NCBI RefSeq assembly: GCF_006345805.1
Contig: NC_043005.1
Coordinates: 59,396,001 to 59,460,000 of the forward strand
DNA from: Octopus sinensis
Taxonomy: Eukaryota
Direction: 5' to 3'
Length of the DNA stretch: 64,000 nt
The notes under the pieces are model-generated. The model was not told the origin of the DNA and did no database searches. It saw nothing but the letters and a program-made list of their open reading frames with translations. Both the position numbers and the translations under genes were made by a program. Position 1 is the first letter of the stretch; each line of letters opens with the position of its first letter. Of this stretch, positions 24,457-38,446 are shown one piece after another.

Positions 24457-25587
24457 AACAGAACCCAACATGTTGTAGTCGAGGGAGTCAAATCCAGCCC
24501 AGCCAAAGTCAGCAGTGGTGTCCCACAAGGCACTGTGTTGGGCCCACTTCTCTTCATCATCTACATAAATGATATTACTGACACCATCAAACACAGCAAC
24601 ATCAGAACCTTCGCTGATGATTCCAAGCTCCAGAAGGTCATCAATGGCGTGGATGACCGAATAAACCTTCAGTCAGACCTACTGGCTGTTGTCCAATGGG
24701 CGGAAAAGAATAACATGTTGCTAAATGAAGACAAATTCGAACTGATCCACTTTGGAAGGGAGGACGCTCTGAAACTCCCATACTCTCTTCCTTCTGGAGA
24801 AATTCTCATGGCATCCAACAACATCAGAGACCTGGGAGTAGTACAGTGGACAACAACATAAGCTGGGCTACACATATAAGCAGCAAAGTTGACATGGCCC
24901 GCAGAATGTGTTCCTGGATTCTCAGAACCTTCCAGTCGAGAGATTCCCACGCTATTATCCTTCCCTTCTCCACTTTTGCCCGACCCCACCTTGAATACTG
25001 CTGTCCACTGTGGTCTCCCTACACAAAACAAAATATTATGAGAATTGAAGCTCCCCAAAGGTCAATCACAAAAAAGATAGATGGCATGTCAGACCTTGAC
25101 TACTGGGGTAGACTAGAGAAGCTGAAATTGTATTCACTCCAACGACGCCGTGAACGCTACATTATCTGTATGATGTGGAAAATATTCCATCAGCACTGTC
25201 CGAATGATGTTGGCATCACCTTCAAAATGCATCCAAGGCTTGGACCACGTGCCATCCGTCCACAACAAAAATCTAAATCGCATCACATAACGACAATACG
25301 GCACAACTATTTCACCTCATTTGGACCTGCTCTCTTCAACATTACACCAGGACACGTCAAAAAAGAAAACTGACCACACAAAATTCAAGAAGTCTTGGAC
25401 AAATTCCTTCAAACAGTACCGGACAAACCACCCACACCCGGATATGTCTCCGCAACAATAACTCTCTGCTCGAATGGGCCTTGGTGCCCAAATCCTGAAC
25501 TGAAAGACTTCGCCAGGTGGGTATTAAGTTAGACATGGCCTGGGCCAATACTGGCCAAAAACCTTTCTAAGTTATTCTAAGTTATAT
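24457..25587 (+). mobile_element. 3' half of a CR1-group LINE (RT C-terminal part, short 3'UTR, tandem-repeat tail)
   Basis: NRTQHVVVEG...SGVPQGTVLGPLLFIIYIND, FADDSKL, DLGV, LEYCCPLWSP and YWGRLEKLKLYSLQRRRERY, with frameshifts near 24843 and 25370. Ends CTAAGTTATTCTAAGTTA. Confidence 0.95.
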
Positions 25588-25616
25588 ATATGTATACTAT
25601 ATATATGGATATATTC

Positions 25617-25654
<38 letters not shown>

Positions 25655-25712
25655 GAATATATTCATATATATATATATGTATATATATATATGTATATAT
25701 ATATTGTATATG

Positions 25713-25743
<31 letters not shown>

Positions 25744-25791
25744 GTTATATATATATGTATATATATGTATATATATATATGTATATATATG

Positions 25792-25823
<32 letters not shown>

Positions 25824-25826
25824 TCT

Positions 25827-25861
<35 letters not shown>

Positions 25862-26060
25862 GAATATATATATATACATATATATATATATACACACATG
25901 CATCCATATATATAATTATACTATATATATGGATATATTCATATATATATACATATATATATAAATACTATACCTATATAATATGCATGCTGTGCTTAGA
26001 TATATGCATATATATATGTATGTATATGTATATATATATATATATGTATGTGTAAACATT
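25584..26060. repeat. TA-derived minisatellite continuing the 21360-21819 array
   Basis: Same GTATACTATATATGGATATATTCAT unit. Confidence 0.85.
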
Positions 26061-27286
26061 TATCTCTATGATTAACTGTGCGCCCACAAATATATATGCA
26101 CATCTCACACAGCACATATGTTTATAATGTATATATGTTTGTGTGTGTGTGTGTGACAGAGTGTGTCTATGTGCTCAGTCTCTCTGCACATCTTTCTTCC
26201 TCTATTTATGTGCACACCCCGCTGTTTGTGAATAAAAATCGGTTTATCTCTTAAAAATATAAAGCGTTGTTTTGAAATTATTTTTCGCGAATCGCAAGTG
26301 CTCTTCCTACAACCGTAATCGAGAATACACACACACCACACATCCACACACACACATACACACATACACATTACGCAAACACACACACACACACACACAC
26401 AAATATATATATATATATATATGAAATTTGTTTTTGAAGTTAACGATTACTTAAAAAAGTTTTTAAAATCATCTAAACGTTATTTACTATATAAAAAAAT
26501 ATTTAGACACCAGAACGTCACGAACCTTTGGATAAGTTTCGTATATGATGTACTTTGTGAAACACTCAAAACATGTAATATTTGAAATTCCCCATAGGTT
26601 TTTCGAATTCTGTTTGTTTTCTAAATAGTATTTTAAGTAGCTAATAACGTGATAAAAATGTTTCTCTAATTATTGTAATTCCATCAAGTATAATTGATGC
26701 AATTACAGTAAGTTTATACATACATACATACATACATACATACATACATACATACATACGTAAGTACGTACTTACGTGCACACACATTCACTCACACACA
26801 CACACAAACTCACACACACGTGCATAAGTACATACACGTAAATACATCTCGTTTGGTATCAATTTGTTATTAGTTTTTACTGATTGTTTGTAAAATAAAA
26901 ATTGACACAATAAATAGGGGACAATTAGAAAATTGTGGAAGGCAGTTTAATGACAAATCATGAAAACCGAAAACAACACCAATGCTTCTAAAAACAAATC
27001 GGTAAGGAAGGAAGTTCATTTGAAGACTGTGGATTTACATGTTGGTGTGTATTGTTTAAATATTTGCATTTTGCTTTGTGAAAATGATACTTTTATACGT
27101 TCAGTACTGAATGTGTGGTGGTGATGTTGGCACTGTTGTACGAGCAGCTATATTACCTACTTCTGACGGTGCGTGTAAGTGGTTCAGTATTGTTGAAACC
27201 CGTGTAAGTTTAACGCAATCCTCAGGCAGAATCAGAATGGTACAATGTTTCACAAGGTTTCACAAAATATGGGTCAACTCGATGCC

Positions 27287-27518
27287 TATTTCTTTACTAC
27301 CCACAAGGGGCTAAACACAGAGAGGACAAACAAGGACAGACATAGGTATTAAGTCGATTACATCGACCCCAGTGCGTAACTGGTACTTAATTTATCGACC
27401 CCGAAAGGATGAAAGGCAAAGTCGACCTCGGTGGAATTTGAACCTAGAACGTAACTGCAGACGAAATACCGCTCGGCAGTTCGCCTGGCACGCTAACGAT
27501 TGTGCCAGTTCGCCGCCC
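27287..27518 (-). mobile_element. Full-length family A SINE with a 15-bp TSD
   Basis: Complete head, centre and tail, flanked by GGTCAACTCGATGCC (27272-27286) and GGTCAACTCGATACC (27520-27534). Confidence 0.93.
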
Positions 27519-27768
27519 TGGTCAACTCGATACCATAATATGTGACACCTGCTCAAGATGACATTCATTATGTCAGAGCTTCTTACCAATTTGGACATAC
27601 TGTCATATTGGGTCCACACGCACGCACACACACATACATATAGATTGCTACATATATACATGCATACATGCATATATGTACACATAGATACACACACGCA
27701 CACATATATATATATATACATGTATATGAATTGGATTGAAGTGACAAAAGCCTGCGCAACACACGCAC

Positions 27769-27808
<40 letters not shown>

Positions 27809-28024
27809 GGATGGATGCATGGATAGACAAATAGATAGATATGTATAAGTGCACTTTAACATGCCGTGTACCTGGCCATTTACACTTCTGTGTGCAATAT
27901 AACCTGAACTTTGCTAAATATCTAATTCCAACTCTCCCCATATTCCTATCCCAGATCATGTCATTTCACAGCGTACGCTATGGAAACTACGATAGAGTGC
28001 ACGCTAAAGTATCAAATTTACATA

Positions 28025-28070
<46 letters not shown>

Positions 28071-28550
28071 TGTGTGTGCAGCGCATTTGTGTGTAGGTGT
28101 GTGAGATACATAAATTAACATAAGGCGGTACATTTGAACTGATTGATAAATTGATAGTCAAATCGACTGCAGGTATGTTGATAAGGTGGAGAGTTATTTA
28201 GAAATGTCTTCAGGTTGACACTTAACATTTTGGTATAAATATTCAGAAGTATTATTTCTCAAATCAGAAGTTCTTGAGAATAATAAATTTCTCTCAGTTC
28301 ATGAATAGTAGTCAGTCTTGTATACTGGCAATTCCAACTACTAGAACTACTTTCTTCTTTATTATTTCATTTAAGTGAGTATCATTGCTACTGGTAAAGC
28401 AATTGAAATTCTATGTGTTTCTATATACATAAAGCAAATAGGTAAACAACAATTAGATACAAGAGCGCGAGTTGTACAAATACTTATGCAATACGCATAG
28501 ACGGGTTTATGAAGATTTCACTTAAATAAAGAGCTAAATATCGGCAAAGA

Positions 28551-28589
<39 letters not shown>

Positions 28590-28782
28590 GTGTGTGCGTG
28601 TGTGTGCGTGTATGTGTCCGTGTGCGTGTGAACGTGTCTGATATATACATATATACATATATACATACATATATATATATATATATATATTATACATGTA
28701 TATTTATATATGTATGAATATATACACACATATATACATATATATTATACATGTACAAATATACACACATACGTATGCACGC

Positions 28783-28814
<32 letters not shown>

Positions 28815-29415
28815 TATATATATAAGTATATATTTATATTTACAAACACAAAAAATATATGTTTATGCATTTGTATGTATATATATATATACATACATAC
28901 ATATAAATCTATACACACATATATATACATATATATACACATATACATATGCACACATATATATACTTATATATAAATATATACATATATGTAAACATAT
29001 GCTTATATATAAACATGCACATACCTATATGCGTGTGTGTGAGTGTGTGTGTGCGTGTGTGTTTGTGTGTGTTTGTGTGTGTGTGCGTGTGTGTTTGTTT
29101 GTGTGTGTGTGTTTTTAAGTGTGTATTAGATGTTACAAGTAGTTTTGAATTGAGGTTAACATTTAATAGAGATTTATCATAAATTCTATGAAGTATATTT
29201 GCTTGAAGTGATACATTTTTGCTTGTACTCTGTTGTCTCTCCTTAAAGACGGCAGCTGAAAATAGAATAATTAATGGGAGCATATATTGTCTAGTATGCA
29301 AACACACACTGAACGAACATATACACGTAGGTACAAGAAGCGCATGCATATTTGTTTGAACAATTTTTTAAAAATTTATTGTGTTGTCACTGTTCAGGCT
29401 TTATCCGAATGCTCT

Positions 29416-30194
<779 letters not shown>

Positions 30195-30207
30195 GAGTGC
30201 CCTCTGG

Positions 30208-30243
<36 letters not shown>

Positions 30244-30245
<2 letters not shown>

Positions 30246-30795
30246 CCAGAGGGCACTCACTAAACGAATTGAAGGCATAGCTGCTCTCGATTATTGGGAT
30301 CGCCTTAAAGCCTTGAAACTCTACTCTCTCCAGCGTCGCCGTGAGCGGTACATCATTTGTACGATGTGGAGAATATACCGCCAACTTTGCCCAAACGACC
30401 TGAACATTAGCTTCAAGGTTCGTCGAAGACTGGGACCACGGGCCATACTTCCCCTGCCCAATTCAGGATCACAGCATACATGTACACTGCAACATAATTT
30501 CTTTTCCTCAACAGGCCCTGCACTATTTAACATTGTCCCGAAAGAGATCTAAGAGGAAAAGGATCCCATCAACTTTAAACGGAGTCTAGATAGATTCCTT
30601 CAAAGAATACCAGATAAGCCACCCATAATTGGATACAACACACCCAACAAAAACTCACTACTTGAATGGACCATAAACAAAACTTGACTGAAACAGGATT
30701 CAAATAATCCTATCAGGTGGTGCTATTAAGTTAGCCATGGCCTGGACCAATCTTTGGTCGAAACATATCTAAGTTTATCTAAGTTTATCTAAGTG
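30244..30795 (+). mobile_element. 5'-truncated CR1-group LINE 3' end
   Basis: PQRALTKRIEG...YWDRLKALKLYSLQRRRERYII...GPALFNIVPK. The tail (TCTAAGTTTA)n resembles the tail at 25570. Confidence 0.92.
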
Positions 30796-30930
30796 TATAT
30801 ATATATATATATACACTTAGATAAACTTAGATATGTCTCGACCAAAGATTTATAAACGTTATTCATATACCGATCTTATCAGGTAGCCAGCATGGGAATA
30901 AAATCTTCAAAGGTAATAATTATTATTAAA

Positions 30931-31138
30931 ATTATAATTTAGGGTATCTAAGAGATGCAGCCAAACTTGACACTAAAACCACATTAAATGTTCATACAGC
31001 ACCAGGAGAGAAGACAAAGAGGCAAAACAAACTAGCAAAATAATTATCCAGTAATGAACATTTAATGTGGTTTTAGAGTCAAGCTTTGGCTGCTGCTATT
31101 TCCAGCGTGGTTGTATCCCTTAGATACCCTAAATTATA

Positions 31139-31140
<2 letters not shown>
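30931..31140. repeat. Imperfect inverted repeat (arms 30931-30995 and 31054-31140)
   Basis: ATTATAATTTAGGGTATCTAAG...CCACATTAAATGTTCAT versus its reverse complement. The right arm has an extra segment of about 22 nt. Confidence 0.8.
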
Positions 31141-31213
<73 letters not shown>

Positions 31214-31473
31214 GTTATTAGTGAGGGATTATCAATCCTGGCAAATTAATTTTAAAAGCTGTCTGTTAGTACACCAGGTTAACATTTTTTTTTTGCATTA
31301 GTAATGAACTCCACGTGTCCAAGGTTATAGTTCATTGTCATACTATATTGTAAATACATGTTTCAGCCATACTGATTTTTGCACAGAATCGTATGCAAGG
31401 CTATTATAATAGATATTATGTTATTTTTTATTGTAGTAAATTTGAATAACAGCTGTTTCCAGTATTCATTGTA

Positions 31474-31536
<63 letters not shown>

Positions 31537-31703
31537 TTAGAGAGAGAGAGAGAAATACAATAAGGGGCTTCCAAATAGGAAAGCGTTGTGCTTCCTATTT
31601 GGAAGCCTCTTATTATATTTCTATATGAATAATATATAGTCTAATGACTAATTCGTTTTTTGTGCTAGGCCACTGGTAATAATAATTTATTATTACCCTA
31701 TTT

Positions 31704-31734
<31 letters not shown>

Positions 31735-31794
31735 AATCCATACATGGATCCATATAAATCCATACATGTAACTTCCAATTTAACGCCCAATCAA

Positions 31795-32060
31795 TATGTT
31801 GAGCGCTCTTATTTCGTTTGTCCGGTCACTCGTATCCCACCCTACTCACACAAAGCTCTCCATCCCCTACACCCCATTCCTCCATCTGCGCAGGCTCTGC
31901 AGTGACAACCATGATTTTCAGACTCAGACTCAACTCATGGCTTGCAACTTCATCCTATGTGGATATCACTTCAGCAGTATCCACACAGCCCTTGCCATGG
32001 TACGATCCCTGGACCGTGCTTCTGCTCTTTCTCCTGGCTCCAGCCACGCCGTTGCCCGTG
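31795..32060 (+). mobile_element. Penelope-like element fragment (RT thumb / pre-GIY-YIG region)
   Basis: SHPTHTKLSIPYTPFLHLRRLCSDNHDFQTQ...GYHFSSI resembles the PLE motif SxHPxHxKxSIPYSQxLRxRRxCS...F...GY. Confidence 0.8.
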
Positions 32061-32329
32061 GATTATGAAATCTCACCGTTATGATGTTACCTGTTTAAAA
32101 TTTTACCTGACGATGGTGGATTGCATGTTATGATGTAATCTATGAATACTAGAATAAACAGATGTAAAAATTAACTCTTTGTGTCTTCATACACACACCA
32201 CACACACTCACCCCCACCACACACACTCACCCCCACCACACACACTCACCCCCACCACACACACATATAAATAGGGATACATAAATAGAGAAGATTGCTG
32301 AACGTCTATGTTTGGAAACGGGAGGTTTG

Positions 32330-34270
32330 TGTTATATACAGAAAATGGTGTGTATATATTTGATATTGAAAATACGAAAAGGTTAAGTTCAAAAACTAAT
32401 CTTCAAGAATTTTCAACGCATTTTTTGCAAAGATTTAAAGATTTAAGAATATCAATAGTTAAAAAAATAATTTCAAATATAACTATGTTTCTTCACGGAA
32501 AGCCCAAAATCTATGCGAACCTGATGCCAACATATTGCATAGGAATCCATGAAACAATATCACCTAGCAGAAACTAGCCTTGGTTTATTCCACTAATGAT
32601 ATCATATAATTAATTTGGAAGCAAAGAGATTAGATATCAACTTAAAAATAAATTTGAATCTATTGCGTTATTTGAAACAGCTATTACATATAAAGATGTT
32701 AAACATAATTTTATTGTCAATCCCATATACAATTTGATAAAACTCAATAGGTATCCATAGAAGATTAGTCAGTAAAAGACATTTGATATTAAATAGTGTA
32801 TATTATTAAATAGTGCATATTAATATGAAATACTAGTATATCAATATTCAACAGGTTTAGCAATAGAGATAAAATGCATTGTCGCAAATGGATTTGTTAT
32901 AGTAGGGTTCTATCTATAAACCAAACAAAATAGCCTTCTTTAAATAGCTTCTGAAGGTCCGTAATAATTATTATTCCCCTATATGACCCTGACATGACTA
33001 TTACTGAGCACTCTAGGAACTATTTGTTATTTTGGCATAATTGCTGGGGTTGGGCGGGGTTATATATAGTGGTCTGATATTGTTCTTTATCTACTGTATG
33101 ATAGAATTTCAGTTGTGAATTATCTGAATTGTATATTTTAGACATACTTTCGAAGACGTTGCGTACCACTGTGTGCATAATGACGGACTATTTAGTCTAG
33201 TTTGCGATGTATGAATGACCATATTGCCAAATAAATTTCAAAGTACGAATGGCCAAAATGTTATGATCATACAACTGCTAGATAGAAGTTTGTCAATATA
33301 TTCAAAGATTTTAGTATTGCAGTTGATACAAACCTAAGCGTATTAATTTTCCTAGAAATATAACTTCTTATTTAGTATATGTTGTCCTTATAGTAAACCA
33401 ACTGAGAAAATGCTGTACATTAATATAAATTGGAAACATCGCGGTCGTAAAAGGATTTATATAACACCAGTTAGCGCGAATCCATCCGATCCTCTGACGA
33501 GGAATCCTTTAGAAATAACATATAACGACTTCATAAGAATATATGACACAATGAACAGCGAACATCACAAGTATTCATTAAAACAAACATGGGGAACAAA
33601 AATGCGATACCCATTTCTTCCTATTGTTTAAATGTTCGTTCTAGTTTCTCCACTGCATTCTTAAATCTTATAGATAAATATTTCTGAATAGACGATAAAA
33701 CAGTAAATGTTCAAAGTAAGCTAGAGATACCACAAAAACTTTGCAGTTTCCATGGATTGTATAAACAGAAGAAACCTTTCTGCTATAAACACATAACATC
33801 TTCCCATTTTTATAATTCTATCAACTCTAATATCTATCCTTTCAACCGTTTATGAGATTCTAAAGCGTGTGTTTATGGAACTACGGATTCTCTTGTAGAT
33901 GGCAGCCAAATCAAAAGTAATATAAGGGTCAATATAAACTTTAAATAACATATGTCCTCGCAACATTACAACACAGACACACACACACAGACACACACAC
34001 ACACACACATACGTATACGTACATTCAGACATTGACTTCAGAAATACCATATTATAATTCACTATCTGCATATATCTGGGGGGATAAATGATTTTAATAT
34101 TCACGATTATAAACTCAAATGATTTATTATAGAATATGTGAGTTCCTGCATTAATAGTTTCAGAATGTGAGATCCTTGTCTTGAATGGACGCCCAGCATT
34201 CTATTGCAGTGTTTTCCAAAATTTAAACAAAAGATCCAAACACATTGAATTATCATTGACGTTTCCATTT
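32330..34270. mobile_element. Mosaic of highly decayed Penelope-like fragments
   Basis: Plus strand: YQYSTGLAIEIK (32839; cf. YxQxxGxAMG) and PYSKPTEKMLYIN (33386; cf. PYxKPNxxxLYIN). Minus strand: GRPFKTRISH (GIY-YIG-like) near 34170-34200. Confidence 0.5.
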
Positions 34271-34804
34271 TTCACTCAGAGCTATTTTTCACTACCAGTA
34301 GCTTAAGAAAATATATTTCGCTCATAATGGATTTGTCATACCATGAAGGACGATCGATATTCCAAACAACGAAACGTTCATGCATTCATCAACAAAAGAC
34401 TTCATGAAGAAGAGGATTTTTATATTCAAACGTATATTGTTTTTAAACTCTTGGTGGTGAAAAGGAAAAGAAGATTTTGGAATGTGGATGAAATTAAAAA
34501 AAGTCAATGCTTCTACTCATAGCAATGAATAAACGAAAATGTAAAGCGTTTTATACAGGTCTGTTCAGTAATCAATTAAATTTGAGGCTGTTTTCGAATA
34601 TTTTGCTCCTATTTTATCGCTTCTACTAGTTATTAATCATCCAAATCAAAGAAGAATTTAGAGTTGATTCAGGAATTTTCAACTTCTAATATACATGTAT
34701 AAATGCACACATACATACATACATACATACATACATACATGCATGCATGCATGCATGCATACATACATACATACATACATACATACATACATACAAACAA
34801 ACAA

Positions 34805-35035
34805 AGGCGGTGAACTGTAGAATCGTTAGCTCGCCGGGCGAAATGCTTAGCGGTATTTCGCCTGCCGTTACGTTCTGAGTTCAAATTCCGCCGGGGTCGA
34901 CTTTGCCTTTCATCCTTTCGGGGTCGATTAAATAAGTACCAGTTAATCACTGGGGTCAATGTAATCGACTTAATCCCCTTGTCTGTCCTTATTAGTCCCC
35001 TCTATGTTTAGCCCGTTGTGGGCAATAAAGAAATA
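34805..35035 (+). mobile_element. Full-length family A SINE inserted in (ATAC)n
   Basis: GGCGGTGAACTGTAGAATCGTTAGC...GAGTTCAAATTCC...AGCCCGTTGTGGGCAATAAAGAAATA. Confidence 0.92.
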
Positions 35036-36845
35036 CATACAAACATACATGTATGTCTATCCATATTTGCAAACATGTATATCTTTACTTCAAACCGGTT
35101 GCAGCGGAAATGCGTTACACTACGCTATGCTAGAGTTCCTTGTCCTCATATCTTTTGGTAGATTCGTGTTATTTGGTCCTGCCAATTAATCGTCAATACG
35201 TTTCATTAGTCTGCATACTATAAAATGTTGCGAAAGTCTCTAAAATATAGCATGTGATATGGTGTGGTTTTCACCACGAAAGCAGCGGCCATCAATACCT
35301 ACGAAGCTTTGAACAATAGTAGAGATGAGCAGAATGTATACTTAATTCTATTGTGCTCGCCTTATAAAATGCTTTGAGAACTCATGAAAAATGTGGTATA
35401 CATATCAGCAAGGCACTCTTGAAGTGCTTTCTTCATTGTCCACATTTCTGCTCCACAAAGGTGAATATTCTCTGCGCAGGCACTAAATATGGTCAAAGTT
35501 GGTGACTTTGAAATAATTGATGCTACATATCGCGAAGATTGTTACAGACAGTCCGGGCTTGTCCCCTAACTGTCAGGAAAAGTCTTTCTTTTGGGGCCAA
35601 GTTACTTAAAGCCACTGACCTTCTTGAGTTGTGTGCCGTTTTTAGAACATATGCAAGAAATTTACAGCTGCAATACACAAAGGTTTATCACAGTTTGTGG
35701 CAAGCTTGAGCACAAGAATAGCAGTGAAGAGTATGACACCCTAATATCTGCTAACAGTGATATAACATGGAATTGCAAATAAAGACGTGGAAGATGACGT
35801 TAACCATTGCTTCCAATAGAAAAGTAACAAAGACCGGAAAGGAGTCGAGAACGCATTGTAGACACATTAGTCTAGATGTACTTGGAATACCGGAAGGAAT
35901 GTGGATTCAGCAAAAGCCTTATTTTATGAAACGTGAAATGGAAGACGAGAAACATCAAGTTCAAAACAGAATATACACACACATTTAATACTGATAATTA
36001 TTGGAGTTGTTTAGCCTTAGACCAACTTTATTCGAGTAGACCTAAAAAGCAAATGCATTCCATCTGTTACTAGCCTGTTTTTGTTTTATTATAACAAGGA
36101 GTACTCTCTTTAACGTATCATTCTGTATTGAAGAGGGTAAGTAATTTGAGGGAGAAATTTAGTTGCTATTTCTCTTATGATAAGTTCCAGTGTAGAGGCG
36201 TTCTCACTGACACATAATCATTATCAATTATCATCCTCTTTGTTGTTTAGTACCATTTCAGTTCTGACTGATAATATCTTTGCTCTATAGCTTTTCAGCC
36301 ATAACCATTTCATTCCTCTCAGTTTCGTCACCTATCTTGCAGTACATTTCTCTATATAACCCTCTTTTCAAAACATTAAGGTATAACTGATGCAGATTGC
36401 TATTTCGTGCAAGTGATGCGATCACTTCGCTCTTTCGCCATTAAGTATTACTCCGTTCCTTACTGTGTCCATACAGTTTGGACAAGTATGTCATACAACT
36501 GTAATTCTGGTAATGACATTTTCTTCTGCTATCTTGCCGATAAAACACAAAAGAAACTTTTCTTGCACAGTGTAACATCGCCATTGTTGTGATCATCGTA
36601 GCCGTGGTGGAGTGTAGTCGTGGCCCAGTTGTCCATCCTGAATATCGTCATTGTCGCTGTTTAAATCAACTCAGACATGATTTCAGTAGAGATGAAGTAT
36701 GTTCTATTCTATTTTTCAAGATTGCATTCAATATCCTTTCTTAAGACAGTAGTTTGTAATTTAAAAGAGATTTGGCTGCTATGTCTACTAATTTCAGCAA
36801 GACCCAGTCAAATACACGAATCCACTAAAAAAGAAAAGTACTTCC

Positions 36846-36877
<32 letters not shown>

Positions 36878-37483
36878 TACACACACATTCACACACGCGC
36901 GCACAGATAATCACACATACATACATATACACCACAATCTCAAATTTACCATAAACATTTGACCTTGCCTCGTTAAACGAAAAAATAAAATCAATAGTAT
37001 TAATGCTATTCCAAAACGAAAACAAAAAAAAACGAAAGATATCAGTTAAACATAACTGATAAACTTGTAACATTAACAATACAATATTTAGTTTTATTGT
37101 GGAAAAAGTTGGAAAGGAAATTAGTCGCTCACCAGTTTTTGAACAGCTGTCAATTAATTTGTGACCCTATCGGTTACGGATTTGAATACATGAATACTAA
37201 GAAACGGGCAATTCTGCGCATCTTTGTCTGTCGAAATGTTCACAAAATAAATAAATAAAATAAGTGTTTTGGCAAGATGCTTCAAGCTGGAAGTGTAAGT
37301 TGAAATGATACTGGTATTCAAGTAGACAAGACAGCATTATTATGCAGTTAAATTCTACTCGTCAAGATGAATGTTTCACTATTGAGACTGTCAGTAGGGA
37401 AAAATGACACCCTTCAAAGTAGTATTTTCGACAGAATATGTGTCTGTGTGTCTATGTATGAGTGTATGAATGTGTGTGTGTGC

Positions 37484-37527
<44 letters not shown>

Positions 37528-38104
37528 ATACACAGTGTATACACACAGACAGACAGACACACACATAAACGCATATAAACATCCACACACACACATATAT
37601 ATATATATATAAATATACATGCATACACATGCGAATACACATGTGTATATATATATATATATATATGTTGTATATGTATATATGTGCACATATACCTACA
37701 TATATATACACACAAACATATAGTTATACATACACACACAAACACACACATATAGTAAATATCTTCTCTTGTGCGTGTATATATGTAAATGTAAGTACAC
37801 ACACATGCTATGTACACGCAGAGTTGAGGAATTCAGCGTAGCTTACACTACAGATATTGATGGTTAGAAGTGACATCTCTCTGAAATATGTAGTTTTTGG
37901 TTCTCACCTTTTGAAGAAACAATGACCTATAACGAGTTGATGTATATAGATAGTTCATCTTTGCCAGCTATAAGTTCATTTTCAGAATTCCAAATATTCA
38001 CACAGTTTCCGAACTAAAAAAAAATCAAGTCAGGTATATATTGGTTTCAAATGTTGACACAAGGACAGCAATTTTCGATGAGGGGCTACTTCCATTACAT
38101 CGAA

Positions 38105-38446
38105 GAGCGTACACAACTGGGGTCGATGTAATCTTATTTTTTTGTTCCCGAAAGGACGAAAGGCAAAGTCGACCTCGGCGGAATTTGAACACAGAACGTA
38201 ATGACGGACGGAATACCCATTTCTTTACTACCCACAAGGGGCTAAACACAAAGAGGACAAACAAGGACAGACAAACGGATTAAGTCGATTACATCGACCC
38301 CAGTGCGCAAATGGTACTTATTTAATCGATCCCGAAAGGATGAAAGGCAAAGTCGACTTCAGCGGAATTTAAACTCAGAACGTAGCGGCAGACGAAATAC
38401 CGCTAAGCATTTTACCCGGCATGCTAATGATTCCGCCAGCTCGCCG
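38105..38446 (-). mobile_element. Two adjacent family A SINEs (one partial, one full)
   Basis: The core occurs twice (about 38148-38210 and 38330-38400). The full copy spans 38219-38446. Confidence 0.88.

Noticed and set aside
33485-33530. CTGACGA...GAAA next to PLE fragments
   Set aside because: Stems I and III cannot be formed. At most a deleted remnant.
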